From the sequence record PQ015379.1: a stretch of DNA of 64,000 nucleotides, one strand, 5' to 3'. The notes under the pieces are model-generated. The model was given only the letters and a program-made list of their open reading frames with translations, did no database searches and was not told where the DNA came from. The position numbers were made by a program, and so were the translations under genes. Positions 10,601 to 19,501 of the stretch are shown in pieces. Each line of letters opens with the position of its first letter. The stretch's first letter is position 1.

Positions 10601-13600
10601 CACCGCCGAACACCCTGTTCGTTAGTTCCATGACGTTCATTCAGGGCCGGAACACCCGCGTCTGCATTGGTAGCGCGCAGGTAAACTTCTCGCAAAACCT
10701 CGAAATGATTCGTCGCCTCGGTTGCAACTATGTGGCAATCGACGAATCGCACAACCTGAAGTCGTTCAAATCTGCACGTCACCGTGCGGTAAAAGTTCTG
10801 ACCTCTTCGACCACTGTGAAATGGCTGCGTCTGCTGACCGGTACGATCATGCCGGATCGCGCAAAAGACATTGAAGGGCAAATCGCGCTGAAAGCCCCGC
10901 ACGTTTTCCGTGCCGGTGATATCGCGAATATTCGCCCCGAAGAAGATCCGCAGGATAACGTGGTGAAAATCGGTGATCGTGTGATTACCACTTACACCCC
11001 GCTGAACGGCAAACGTGCTGTCGATAAACTGGGTCACTACATTTCGTTTATCGTCAAAGACAAAAAAGACTGGGCGTACATGCTGCCGTCCGCCATCGAA
11101 AGTTTCCACCCGGTTCCGATGGTTGACTACGACAGCGCAGACGGAACTTCCCCGGCTGAAATCGAGCAGCAAAAACTGCACGAACAGCTTTATCGTCTGG
11201 TCCTCGACCGCACGATGGAAGAACTGAAACCGCTGCTGGCGCAGAAAGAAAAAGCCGAACGCATGGCTGGCGCGGAATCTGATGAAGACGAATCGGAAGA
11301 CGACGGCGGATCGTCCGATAAATTCGTGGATAACGATTCGGACTTCGCAGGCGAAGCGATCAAGCAGGCTCTGTGGGAAAAGAACATCGCACGTTTCGAA
11401 CGTCTGATTATCTGCCCGCAGGAAGACGAAGCCTACAAAGAAGTTTTCGGTGATTTGGGCGAGGGTTTCATTTCGCGTAAAGCCAAATACATTGCTAACC
11501 TCGCGGCCCGTCACTTCAACCCGGTCAAATGGAAACGTGGCACTCGTTACATCGAACTCGACCTCGTTGATTTCGAAGGCCAGCTGTACGTGGCGCGCAA
11601 ATACAATCCGGGCGAAACCCGTGTTGCGCTGCCTGACAACATCCTGAGCAAAACCCCGGTCGAGGCCCCGGAATATTGGAAGCCTGAGCCGAAAGGCAAG
11701 CTGATCATCATCACGCGTTACAACGCGTCGGCACGTGCAATTTACGACGCGCTGCCGCCGACCTATCGCGGTATGGCCGTGAAATTCACGGGCGATGAAC
11801 CTGATCGCGTAAAAGCTTTCAACGATTTCAAAACCGATGATCGCGTGCAAATTCTGATCGCGAACGAACAAGGCATGTCCGAAGGCCACAACCTTCAGCT
11901 GGCATCCCGAATGATTCGTGCGGAAGCCCCATGGGGGCCGGGTGCACTGTCGCAAACTTCGGCGCGGGTATGGCGTCCGGATGCGAAAGGCGCTATCGCT
12001 GCTGCCAAGGGCGAAGGCGGTCTGACCCGTGACGTGATTTATCTGGATTGGGTACTGGCAGATAACACCATGGAAGTGCCGAAACTGGCGCGTGTTATTT
12101 CCAAAACTTTCGGCATCACTCGAATTACCGAAGCAGGCAATCCGCTGTACAAAGATTTGCTGAGTTCGGTGGTTGTTCCGACCGAGAAAGACGATGCACG
12201 TCTGGCCCTGTCTATCGACATGCTGGCTTCGACTGCTGGTCTGGACGACGAACCATTCAACGAAATGGAAGATGCCTATCGCCGCCTCAACGCCGTGGAG
12301 TCGAAAGAATTCGCAGAAATGCGTGCGACTCTGAAAGCTGACATGTTGCCGATTGAGCGTGCACCGAACATCGAAGGTTCTGCTTCCATGGAACTGAAAC
12401 CGTTCGTTGCCAACCAGCCGATCCCCGACGAATACAATTGGGGCCTGCAAAACGTCGAAGTGCTGTTGCGTGACGCGGAAATTCTGAAAAACTTCCGTGA
12501 AACTCTGCGCACCAAACCGGTCGTCACCGAATGGGGCACCGGGCGTATTGTCGGTTTTAACACTCGCGGCGGCCAGCTGGCTAGTCTGATTGTTAACCTG
12601 AAAAATCCGCCTGCTGGTATGCCCAGCCGTGTGACGGTTCAGGTAAACATGGCTTACATCGCCAACAAAAATATCACCCCGGAACAAGAACAGCGTTTCT
12701 TCGACGTTAACTTGGCCGGTACTGCGACGGATGAAAAACGCGACGCCGCCCGCCAGAAACGTCTGGAGGAAGAGCAACGCCGTCAACAGGAACAGGAAGA
12801 GAAAGAAGAGCGCATTCGTAAGAAACAGGAAACTGATCGAATTCGCGTTATCAAGAAAGAAGATTCCGACGGGAAAAAACGGGAAGACAACGAGAAGAAA
12901 GGTCGTCCTCTCAACGAGGGTATCTACACAACCGATGGCAGCGTGAAAATCGGCGGCGGCAAGAAAATGCGCCCGACCGAGAATTCCAAAGTCGGTGTTA
13001 TCGTTGACGAAGAGGAAGAGGATTTCATGGAAGAGGACGCAGCGCCGTCCAAACCAGAACTCTCGCTCTACCCGATGTACTACCACGGTTTCGCAACCCT
13101 CGAAGCGTCGGTGGAAGAGGGCGAACCAAACCTGAAGAAATTCGGGTTCCAGTTCACCCCGGCTTACGCCTATATCAACATCAACAACAAAAAGAAATTC
13201 CACGCGGTTTACGACTGGTTCTACGACACCTTCGAGGTTGACCACAAGCAGAACGATTTGTTCATCGCGATGAACACCGCGTTCGACGAAGGTCAGAAGA
13301 ACAAGCACAAGCTGTGGTATCGCTTGGAATTGGCGCCGGTTTCTGAATTGCCTGCGTTCTTCACGATTCAGAAACGTATCAACAAAAACCGCAACGCCGT
13401 GCGTGTGTTCCCGATCTTCACCGAAGAGAACATCATGCTTTGCGTGGATATCCGCACCAACCCCGGCATCATTCCTTGGATTGGCAAAACCATTCCGGGT
13501 GCTGGCGTCAAGTGGATGAAAAACGACGGCGAATGGCTGTACTTCGGCAAGAACAAAACCGACTTGAAAGCGAAAATCGCCGAAGTTGCTCGCAGCGTGA

Positions 13601-13668
13601 CCGTGAGCAACAAAGACGAAGCGGTCAAGGAACTTGCCGATATCAACTTCAAGTACAAAACTCGCTGA
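7606..13668 (+). CDS. Giant SNF2/SWI2-family helicase-like ATPase (2020 aa)
   Basis: FPHQ (Q motif), LAPGGGKT (I), IDESH (II), LLTGT (III), KLIIITRY (IV), GMSEGHNLQ (V), QTSARVWR (VI). Confidence 0.9.
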   Translation: MNRINWNKTPLAQQMHQRRQQQEAAMALDAYAALARANADDDEDSDEVDDSSSEFVKSIRTISLEPARNLEYESFFYPKRERNFLVPILESLSDVTANINMFFRFMRLMMGRANSLSSASPEQIENIASQIHVQVFQSKRTKGSIEQDTVNFIRASRRTAHTFHNVYRSKRYNEGIDIVLMGAGADPEKEGLPAPYFGVEDFQLGRSEYLFEHNDHPMTESRRRGAWQSPVGERILAAAREIHMFLFGTLASSERMIHRGVPLNTNFSDIEQIWVKNTGIKIPTAGEIVTDMVVANPFADQFLQIELIKQPSRKVKEVVKKIREDAARPGYGQEPLSPSAVNAKINEALNGENPKATPESELLNLTLRTSIRFTLESDIAHFVTQTPDNERPNLTRANSWFSLYIAQVLRAKVSGTGKAYKISNAAAIKMEHIPRYATSATTLKRIPALREQHGYVVERTKGNAENMYILPNGTMGVRPSIDALQKTTLAEDFEKISEELLELLSRHEIPLAAFQENSGAAYWPWVEANDLERMQQLVKELHSFDGCSLGFDWDFGINIQATSTPGRTVTSTSVGSVTPDSLAIADWLGFNLAKEGEKPMKRSFAQAMYTLNHHEHTAYAYSQAEKVYGAAPDPVAFADSSMIGNLIDLYMRLAYLDNKAPKFPEILSSAMRALNYEKLPSEPGFDYSSKYFESVKPDGTLPDNRKGNVRGIILSLFKTTLDLASGAQGTHLWNEVFESLKSGDNNPRMSEVSLELENNENYFNSSISTTAEFTRLYKYFGGQVFKQILDAINSVEIEHFGNARAGQAQVQMGEIPDYPGQQFTVTLDLKPNAVLYRDVLPFAVMLGKYAPNHETIFAEAQEQVESIQPDPSFSAEDIQVPGLVSEDRAIFPHQESVQSSLRKKNPPTFAILALAPGGGKTGQGVIDVACLMKDMKEAGTVVRPLVICPNGLINTWCEELKYFQGANWNAFPISSDVLSRWTGKNAPGEKFLTDLATNAPPNTLFVSSMTFIQGRNTRVCIGSAQVNFSQNLEMIRRLGCNYVAIDESHNLKSFKSARHRAVKVLTSSTTVKWLRLLTGTIMPDRAKDIEGQIALKAPHVFRAGDIANIRPEEDPQDNVVKIGDRVITTYTPLNGKRAVDKLGHYISFIVKDKKDWAYMLPSAIESFHPVPMVDYDSADGTSPAEIEQQKLHEQLYRLVLDRTMEELKPLLAQKEKAERMAGAESDEDESEDDGGSSDKFVDNDSDFAGEAIKQALWEKNIARFERLIICPQEDEAYKEVFGDLGEGFISRKAKYIANLAARHFNPVKWKRGTRYIELDLVDFEGQLYVARKYNPGETRVALPDNILSKTPVEAPEYWKPEPKGKLIIITRYNASARAIYDALPPTYRGMAVKFTGDEPDRVKAFNDFKTDDRVQILIANEQGMSEGHNLQLASRMIRAEAPWGPGALSQTSARVWRPDAKGAIAAAKGEGGLTRDVIYLDWVLADNTMEVPKLARVISKTFGITRITEAGNPLYKDLLSSVVVPTEKDDARLALSIDMLASTAGLDDEPFNEMEDAYRRLNAVESKEFAEMRATLKADMLPIERAPNIEGSASMELKPFVANQPIPDEYNWGLQNVEVLLRDAEILKNFRETLRTKPVVTEWGTGRIVGFNTRGGQLASLIVNLKNPPAGMPSRVTVQVNMAYIANKNITPEQEQRFFDVNLAGTATDEKRDAARQKRLEEEQRRQQEQEEKEERIRKKQETDRIRVIKKEDSDGKKREDNEKKGRPLNEGIYTTDGSVKIGGGKKMRPTENSKVGVIVDEEEEDFMEEDAAPSKPELSLYPMYYHGFATLEASVEEGEPNLKKFGFQFTPAYAYININNKKKFHAVYDWFYDTFEVDHKQNDLFIAMNTAFDEGQKNKHKLWYRLELAPVSELPAFFTIQKRINKNRNAVRVFPIFTEENIMLCVDIRTNPGIIPWIGKTIPGAGVKWMKNDGEWLYFGKNKTDLKAKIAEVARSVTVSNKDEAVKELADINFKYKTR

Positions 13669-13713
13669 TGAACACGGGGCCATGGAAGGCCCCAATTAGC
13701 GTTTGGAGGATTT

Positions 13714-14079
13714 ATGCAAACCGGAAAAATGGAACTCATGTCGCAACAGGTTGTGCTGGCGTTCCTCGGCTATTACAGCGGGGCAATCGATGGCATTTGG
13801 TCTGATGCGAGCATGAAAGCAAAACGCGCTTTCGAGGCCGACGATTCCTACGTGCCGGGCATCCCAAGCTACGGCATGCCGTTCGCCCTGCTGGACAAAC
13901 TGCCACGCGGTCTGAAGTGGGAAAAGAAACTGCTGACCCACCGCGATCTGACGCCGGAAAAAGCGCAGGAAATTCTGCGCACTCGCACGCGTCCAACCAA
14001 ACCTGCACCCGTCGTCGAAGAACCTGTGGAAGAGGAATTCGACGAAGAGGAATTCGATCATGACGATGCACAAGAGTGA
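13714..14079 (+). CDS. Stand-alone peptidoglycan-binding domain protein with acidic tail
   Basis: QQVVLAFLGYYSGAIDGIWS..SMKAKRAFE matches the PG_binding_1 pattern; GGAGG RBS. Confidence 0.75.
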   Translation: MQTGKMELMSQQVVLAFLGYYSGAIDGIWSDASMKAKRAFEADDSYVPGIPSYGMPFALLDKLPRGLKWEKKLLTHRDLTPEKAQEILRTRTRPTKPAPVVEEPVEEEFDEEEFDHDDAQE

Positions 14080-14545
14080 CGTAGCGCTGCACTATGCGTA
14101 CCTCAAAGGCAACGACACGCACTATCGGATTTTGACCACGAACTTTCCGCAACTGACCGCAGGTCATGAAACGTCCGATATTTTCGGTTTCTTCGGCCTC
14201 GGCTCCGGTGAATACTGGGGACCGCGAATCGAAGGGTTGGAAGAGGGCGTGTCGGTCGTGGATCTGCCGGACACGGAAGGCGCGCTGATGATGTGGCGCG
14301 AAAGCCCGCGTTTCGTTGGTTTTATCGACGCGTATCCGCAGCACAAACCGCAAGTGATTTTGCGTGGCGGTGACAAATCGGTTTACGAATTGCCGATCAA
14401 CTGGGAAGTCTACACCCAGCTGGGCGACAAGGCGTTGGCTACCGACACGCTGCGTACCTTGAGTCGTCACTGGGCCTGCTACCCAACGCCCGAACAGTAC
14501 GACGCCCGGCTGTCGGATATCCTCCGAATGGTTAAGCTGTTTTGA
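14060..14545 (+). CDS. Hypothetical protein (161 aa)
   Basis: GAGG RBS 9 nt upstream; typical codon usage. Confidence 0.7.
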   Translation: MTMHKSDVALHYAYLKGNDTHYRILTTNFPQLTAGHETSDIFGFFGLGSGEYWGPRIEGLEEGVSVVDLPDTEGALMMWRESPRFVGFIDAYPQHKPQVILRGGDKSVYELPINWEVYTQLGDKALATDTLRTLSRHWACYPTPEQYDARLSDILRMVKLF

Positions 14546-14549
14546 ACTG

Positions 14550-14582
14550 GCCCCCATTTCCTTTTGGATTTGGGGGCTTTTT
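14550..14582 (+). terminator. Rho-independent terminator
   Basis: GCCCCCA...TGGGGGC plus TTTTT. Confidence 0.8.
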
Positions 14583-14597
14583 CATTGCTGGTGAAAA

Positions 14598-14606
14598 CTG
14601 TAAATA
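14598..14606 (+). promoter_or_regulatory. CTGTAAATA putative phage promoter motif
   Basis: Between a terminator and the polymerase start; exact 9-mer seen 7 times on +. Confidence 0.55.
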
Positions 14607-14642
14607 ACCGATAGGTATCACACCTAGGGCGGTCTACATCAT

Positions 14643-17603
14643 ATGAAATACGAGTATGTAGAATTTCCCTCCGCGTACAAATATGGCAAGGTGCTAAAGC
14701 AGTACGACATTTCTGGTTTCGATCAGGTCGAGCTTGCCAAGCACGTTACCAAAAAAGCGCGGGGAAAAATTCTCTTTGTTCTGGACTACATGCCGGGCGA
14801 GGCCATGCGGAAAAACCGCATCCTCGATGGGGCGACCGGTGATCTTCTGACCAACCTGTTTTGGGCGGCGGAAGAATACTACAAAGCACCGAACAAGCTG
14901 GACGATTACAACTGGCTGTGCGTGAGCTATCACAGTTTCAAAACCGTTGGCGCGGCGCCGGGGTTTATGGAAATCGCGCAGCAGGAATTCAAGAAACGCC
15001 TCGAATACATCATCACGACTTACAAGCCGGATACGGTCGTGACGTTCGGACCTGATCCGACCAAGGCAATCAGCGGCGAATTCATTTCGCAGCATGCTTC
15101 CGAACGCGGTGTGTTATGGCAGCATTTCTACGGGGTGCCGATCAACGCCAAGGCGACCCACAAAGGTAACACGCACAAATTCAAGCACGTCTCGACGCTT
15201 AGCCTTCGTTCGTTGCAGAAATCCGACGACACGATGGCAGCAGCCGGGTACGTTGCGCGGAACCTGACCACTTGCCTCAACGACGGCAAGCTGATGTACA
15301 AAGTGCCGAAGCTTGATTACAAGATCGAAATGGTCGATACGATCAAGAAATTCGACAAGATGCTGAAGGTGATCACCAACGCGGAAACGGTGGCAATCGA
15401 CACCGAGGCCCGATCCCTGAAGCGACGAAAAAACTACACGGTAACGTGGCAGTTCGCGACCGACACAGGCAAAGCGTACATCCTGCCATTCCTGCACAAG
15501 GACACGCCGTTCCTCCCGAAAGAAATTGCGTATATCAAAGAGAAGTTACGCGATTATTTCGAGCACACATCGAAGAACAAATACAACCTCTACGCCAACG
15601 CCGCGTTCGACCTGATCGCTGCGCGCCGTGACCTCGGGGTTCGTTACTTCAAGTGCAAACTGTGGTGCATTATCTCGGCGGAATTCGCCAAGGATGAAAA
15701 CCACAAAGCGATTCAGGGCATCAGTGGCCGGAACTATTATTCGCTACTGAATATCACGATGCAGTATGGCTGTCGCGCTTATTACGAATCCGACTTCGGT
15801 AAGGAACAGCGGGCATTCATCGCAGACATGGACCTCGAAGGGCCGGTACTCACGTACATGGCACTCGACGTAATCGTGCTGCTGCACATCCAGAAACTTC
15901 AGCTGAAACAAGCGAAAACAATCGGCTACAAAAAATATGAGTCGGTCGTTTCGGAACAGTTATCCGACCAGATTCATACGCTGTCGAACCTTGAGTTCAA
16001 CGGCTCCTATGTCGATATCGACTGGCTGTTCAAACTCAAGTCGAAAGACTCGCACATTGTGCGTGAGAAAAACCGAGTGCTTAAAGCGCTGTACGAATCC
16101 GAGGGGGTGCAGAAAGCTAACAAGCTTCTGGCCAAACGCTCGGGCGTCCCAACCATGGGACTATTCGGACGAACGCAAACGAAACTCTTCAAGATCAACA
16201 AGGAAGAGCACAAGCAGCTGCTGTTCTTTGAGGTGCTGAAACTCAAGCCGCTGACCCTGAACAAAAAGGGGTTGGGCAAGATCGACAAAGAGTTCCAGAA
16301 GCGTTACGAAGACGTGCCGGAAATTAAGCTGTTCACAGAGTTGACGAAAATCGAAAAACTCTACAACGCTTACGTGAAGAGCTTCATTAAGAAATGGGGC
16401 GAAGACGAAGACTTCCGTTACGACCGTTGCATGCGTCCGCGCTTCGGTTATCTCGACGTGGTGACAGGGCGAACGTCGGCGCGTGATCCTACGTTGCAGA
16501 CAATCCCGTCGCGTTCGGAAATGGGTAAGCTGATCAAGCGATTGTTTGTGGCGCCCAATGGCCGCATCATCATTAAAGTGGACTACTCGGCACACGAAGT
16601 GCGGTGCTGGTCGCTTATTTCTGGTGACAAGGGCGTGGCCGATGCGTTCCGCGTTGGCTTGGAATTGCGTGAGAAATTCAAACGCAAACCGACGTTGGAA
16701 CTTGCGAAAGAAATCGACCTCAAAGGTGACGTTCACAAAATCAACGCATCGTACTTCTTCCGGAAGCCGATTGAAGCCGTTGACAAGGTGATGCGTCAAT
16801 CTGTTAAGCAGGTTATTTTCGGTCTGATTTACCAGCAGGGTGCGAAGGGTACTGCGAAGTCGATTAACGCCACGGTTGAAATGGTTGAAAAGCTGACCGA
16901 AGAGTTCTTCGAACGATTCCCGGTTGGTGCCAAGTGGTTCGACAAAGCGAAGTCGCATGCGCGTAAACACCTGTTCGTTGAATCGCCTGTGGGCCGTCGC
17001 CGTAACCTGTGGGGCCTGATCACTCCAAGCAGCCACGAAGACGCGGGCAACATCACGTCGCGCTCCGAACGGCAATCTGTAAATAGTCCTGTACAGGGCA
17101 TGGGTTCTGACTTCATGATGACCGGTGCACGTTGCATCGAACGTCGCCGTTTCGAACACTTCCAAAAGACTGGCCATTATCCTGATTTCATTCAGGCTAA
17201 CTCGGTGCACGACTCCCTTGAGTTCAGCTGTGCATACGAAGATTTCTGGCTGGCGATTGGCATGATCGAACAGGGCCTGACGCACGACGTGGAAAAAGAA
17301 ATGATTGCACGTCACGGTTTCAACTTCGATATTCAGCTGGAAATCGACTTTGAATTTGGTTACTCGCTCGACAAGTGCGAAGGCTGGAACTACGCACTGA
17401 CCGGCGATTTCAAAACCAAGGACAAGGAAGCGCTGGATGATTTGTTGAAAGCCACGCTCAAAGGGCAGAAGGAAGTTCTCGGCTACGACTTCGATCCGAA
17501 AGCGGCTTACAAAACCATCATGGGCCGCATGAAAGAGGACGCCCCGGAATGGGTGATCAAACAGAGCAAATTCTGGAAGAAACAGGAGAAGAAAGCAGCG
17601 TAG
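14643..17603 (+). CDS. polA: Family A DNA polymerase with 3'-5' exonuclease and N-terminal uracil-DNA-glycosylase-like domain (986 aa)
   Basis: ExoI IDTE, ExoII NAAFDL, ExoIII YMALD; motif A DYSAHEVR, motif B RQSVKQVIFGLIY, motif C VHDS; N-terminal ILFVLDYMPG..KPDTVVTFG resembles the family 4 UDG fold. Confidence 0.92.
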   Translation: MKYEYVEFPSAYKYGKVLKQYDISGFDQVELAKHVTKKARGKILFVLDYMPGEAMRKNRILDGATGDLLTNLFWAAEEYYKAPNKLDDYNWLCVSYHSFKTVGAAPGFMEIAQQEFKKRLEYIITTYKPDTVVTFGPDPTKAISGEFISQHASERGVLWQHFYGVPINAKATHKGNTHKFKHVSTLSLRSLQKSDDTMAAAGYVARNLTTCLNDGKLMYKVPKLDYKIEMVDTIKKFDKMLKVITNAETVAIDTEARSLKRRKNYTVTWQFATDTGKAYILPFLHKDTPFLPKEIAYIKEKLRDYFEHTSKNKYNLYANAAFDLIAARRDLGVRYFKCKLWCIISAEFAKDENHKAIQGISGRNYYSLLNITMQYGCRAYYESDFGKEQRAFIADMDLEGPVLTYMALDVIVLLHIQKLQLKQAKTIGYKKYESVVSEQLSDQIHTLSNLEFNGSYVDIDWLFKLKSKDSHIVREKNRVLKALYESEGVQKANKLLAKRSGVPTMGLFGRTQTKLFKINKEEHKQLLFFEVLKLKPLTLNKKGLGKIDKEFQKRYEDVPEIKLFTELTKIEKLYNAYVKSFIKKWGEDEDFRYDRCMRPRFGYLDVVTGRTSARDPTLQTIPSRSEMGKLIKRLFVAPNGRIIIKVDYSAHEVRCWSLISGDKGVADAFRVGLELREKFKRKPTLELAKEIDLKGDVHKINASYFFRKPIEAVDKVMRQSVKQVIFGLIYQQGAKGTAKSINATVEMVEKLTEEFFERFPVGAKWFDKAKSHARKHLFVESPVGRRRNLWGLITPSSHEDAGNITSRSERQSVNSPVQGMGSDFMMTGARCIERRRFEHFQKTGHYPDFIQANSVHDSLEFSCAYEDFWLAIGMIEQGLTHDVEKEMIARHGFNFDIQLEIDFEFGYSLDKCEGWNYALTGDFKTKDKEALDDLLKATLKGQKEVLGYDFDPKAAYKTIMGRMKEDAPEWVIKQSKFWKKQEKKAA

Positions 17604-17932
17604 ATATTTCGACGTGGCGCGTTACTGATTTTGCGCTGACCGTGAACGGGGTAACTGCGGGTGATCCCCGGTTGTCCCAGTTCACGACGTTCGTGCAGCG
17701 ATTGGTGGCATCGGTAAACGACCGGGATTCGGAAATGGTCGTTTACCCCACGCGGGAATCCACGCTGAATTTTCTCGAAGTGTTGGAAACGCAAGTTCTC
17801 GACAAATACAAACTCGTTTTCATGTGGACGTGCGAGATTGAAGCGGTGGATATCGTCAACGAAGAATCGGCGATGCACATCCAGCTTTACCCGTACGACC
17901 ACGCGGAAATCTTTGGGTACAAACTGCAATGA
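17549..17932 (+). CDS. Hypothetical protein (127 aa)
   Basis: AGAGG RBS inside the polA end; 55-nt overlap. Confidence 0.6.
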   Translation: MGDQTEQILEETGEESSVDISTWRVTDFALTVNGVTAGDPRLSQFTTFVQRLVASVNDRDSEMVVYPTRESTLNFLEVLETQVLDKYKLVFMWTCEIEAVDIVNEESAMHIQLYPYDHAEIFGYKLQ

Positions 17933-19071
17933 AATTGATTGAAGGCAACGAACTTGAGTTCACCGCCGTAGGCAAAGACCTTGCGGCCCTGTTCGCAAAG
18001 ATCATCAACGTTACGACCTACATCCGGGCCGACGACGCGAAATTCATCATCGCCTGCCAGAAGGGCAAAGGCACTTACCTGATCGGCACCTCGACCGACG
18101 CGCTGGCGTGTGCAAAGCTGGAAGGCGAATGCACCAAAAGCGGCACCATCAAAATCGACGCGGCCACCATGATCGGCCTGCTGAAATCGCGTGGTGAATG
18201 CCGATTCAAAACCGGCAGTGGCAAAATCGCGTTCAAGGAAGTCAAAGGCAATTTCCAAGCGCAGCTGGACGTGACCGAATTCGACGCCGACGATATTCTG
18301 ATGCTTGAGCACCAGCTGGTCGGCAAGAAAACCGACGCGATGCCAAAGGAAATTGTTGGGGCCATGCTGGAAGCGGTCAAGCGTGTGCGTCTGACTGACT
18401 TTTACGCCGGTAACGAACTCGCAATCATCTTCGAAATCAACGACAAGATGATGCGCGTTTATTGCCACGACGAACACCACATTGCGCTGTTCAAAACCAA
18501 GGTGAAAAACGCTGTGCCACTGCGCACCGCGCTACCTGCCAAGGCATTCAGCGTGATTGAAAAATTCGTCGGCGCAGAAAAAATCAGTTTCTCGGTGAGC
18601 GGCGGGCGTTTCCGGGCAACCGGCGACAACTTCACGGTATCCATTCCGGAAGGCCAGTTGTTCTACGGTGAAATCGGTATGGCTGTCGAATTGAACAAAG
18701 AACTCGACAAGCAAAAACCGATGACTGCCATGACCTTCGACACCAAAGCGGTGGCCGTCGTTTCCAACATGGCGGTGCTCACTGACGGCACCACGAAAAT
18801 GGCGCTGCACCTTGAAAAAGGTTCGGCATCCATGAGCGTGCAGGGCAAGGGCGGTCGGGTATCCGACAAGTTCAAGGCCAACGTAACCGGGAAGCCTTTG
18901 GACATTCGTGTTGACCCGCGAATCTTCATGGACCTTTTCAATAAAATCTCCGGTGTTGAAATCGACATGAACTTCTACAAGATTCCGGGTGCCATGAGCG
19001 CCTATCGTCTTGCAACCAAGGTCGAAGGCGGCACCCTGACGCTGGTCGGCACCTATGATGAAGCGAAATAA
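17929..19071 (+). CDS. DNA sliding clamp, DnaN/beta-like (380 aa)
   Basis: Length, repeated beta-alpha-beta pattern, LIGTSTDALA and VYCHDEHHIALF resembling the ATDGHRLA motif, next to the polymerase. Confidence 0.6.
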   Translation: MKLIEGNELEFTAVGKDLAALFAKIINVTTYIRADDAKFIIACQKGKGTYLIGTSTDALACAKLEGECTKSGTIKIDAATMIGLLKSRGECRFKTGSGKIAFKEVKGNFQAQLDVTEFDADDILMLEHQLVGKKTDAMPKEIVGAMLEAVKRVRLTDFYAGNELAIIFEINDKMMRVYCHDEHHIALFKTKVKNAVPLRTALPAKAFSVIEKFVGAEKISFSVSGGRFRATGDNFTVSIPEGQLFYGEIGMAVELNKELDKQKPMTAMTFDTKAVAVVSNMAVLTDGTTKMALHLEKGSASMSVQGKGGRVSDKFKANVTGKPLDIRVDPRIFMDLFNKISGVEIDMNFYKIPGAMSAYRLATKVEGGTLTLVGTYDEAK

Positions 19072-19501
19072 CATCAGTCCGATTTTCAGTCTGGCCGATA
19101 CGTTCAAGCATACGGTGCAGGAAGTCGATACGTTCGAAGACTTCGGCACCGCACACGACGGCCACCACATCGGGCTGTTTTTCCGGAAGCTGGTCGATAC
19201 GTCGATCATCATCGATTACGAAAATCCGGAAGCGCTAAACCGCCACTGCAAAATGTATAACTTCGTCAATCAACGCGGTTCCATCTACGGCCACCTGTTC
19301 GTGGTTTCCGACGTGGATAAAGTCGAGTTGGCGCCGCATAAATTGATCGTGAAGTGCAACAAAAAGGAACTGCATGATTATGTGCAGCATCCGATCACGT
19401 CGTACAAACAAAAACTGTTAATATTCAAGAGTAGCACAGGCTCCGTGCTGGCCATCAGCGGTCACGCGGAATCCCCCTACCTTGTGACCGAGGCCGTTTG
19501 A
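19055..19501 (+). CDS. Hypothetical protein
   Basis: 148-aa ORF in operon context. Confidence 0.6.
   Translation: MMKRNNISPIFSLADTFKHTVQEVDTFEDFGTAHDGHHIGLFFRKLVDTSIIIDYENPEALNRHCKMYNFVNQRGSIYGHLFVVSDVDKVELAPHKLIVKCNKKELHDYVQHPITSYKQKLLIFKSSTGSVLAISGHAESPYLVTEAV

Noticed and set aside
13676-13693. GGGGCC..GGCCCC hairpin after the SNF2 gene as a terminator
   Set aside because: Short stem and no U tract.
7600-13695. 2031-aa antisense ORF mirroring the SNF2 gene, and similar long minus-strand ORFs (41375-44527, 28771-30828, 26214-27851, 47411-49126)
   Set aside because: They are in-register shadows of real genes. Avoidance of TTA/CTA/TCA codons on + removes stops on -. They show no RBS, no motifs and unnatural composition.
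17549-17603. 55-nt overlap of polA with the next ORF as a possible frameshift
   Set aside because: The downstream ORF has its own AGAGG RBS and ATG, polA is complete, and there is no slippery site.
14643-17603. Intein or group I intron in polA, SNF2 or ligase
   Set aside because: Catalytic motifs are normally spaced, with no C/S...HN splice junctions, no LAGLIDADG motifs and no ORF interruptions.
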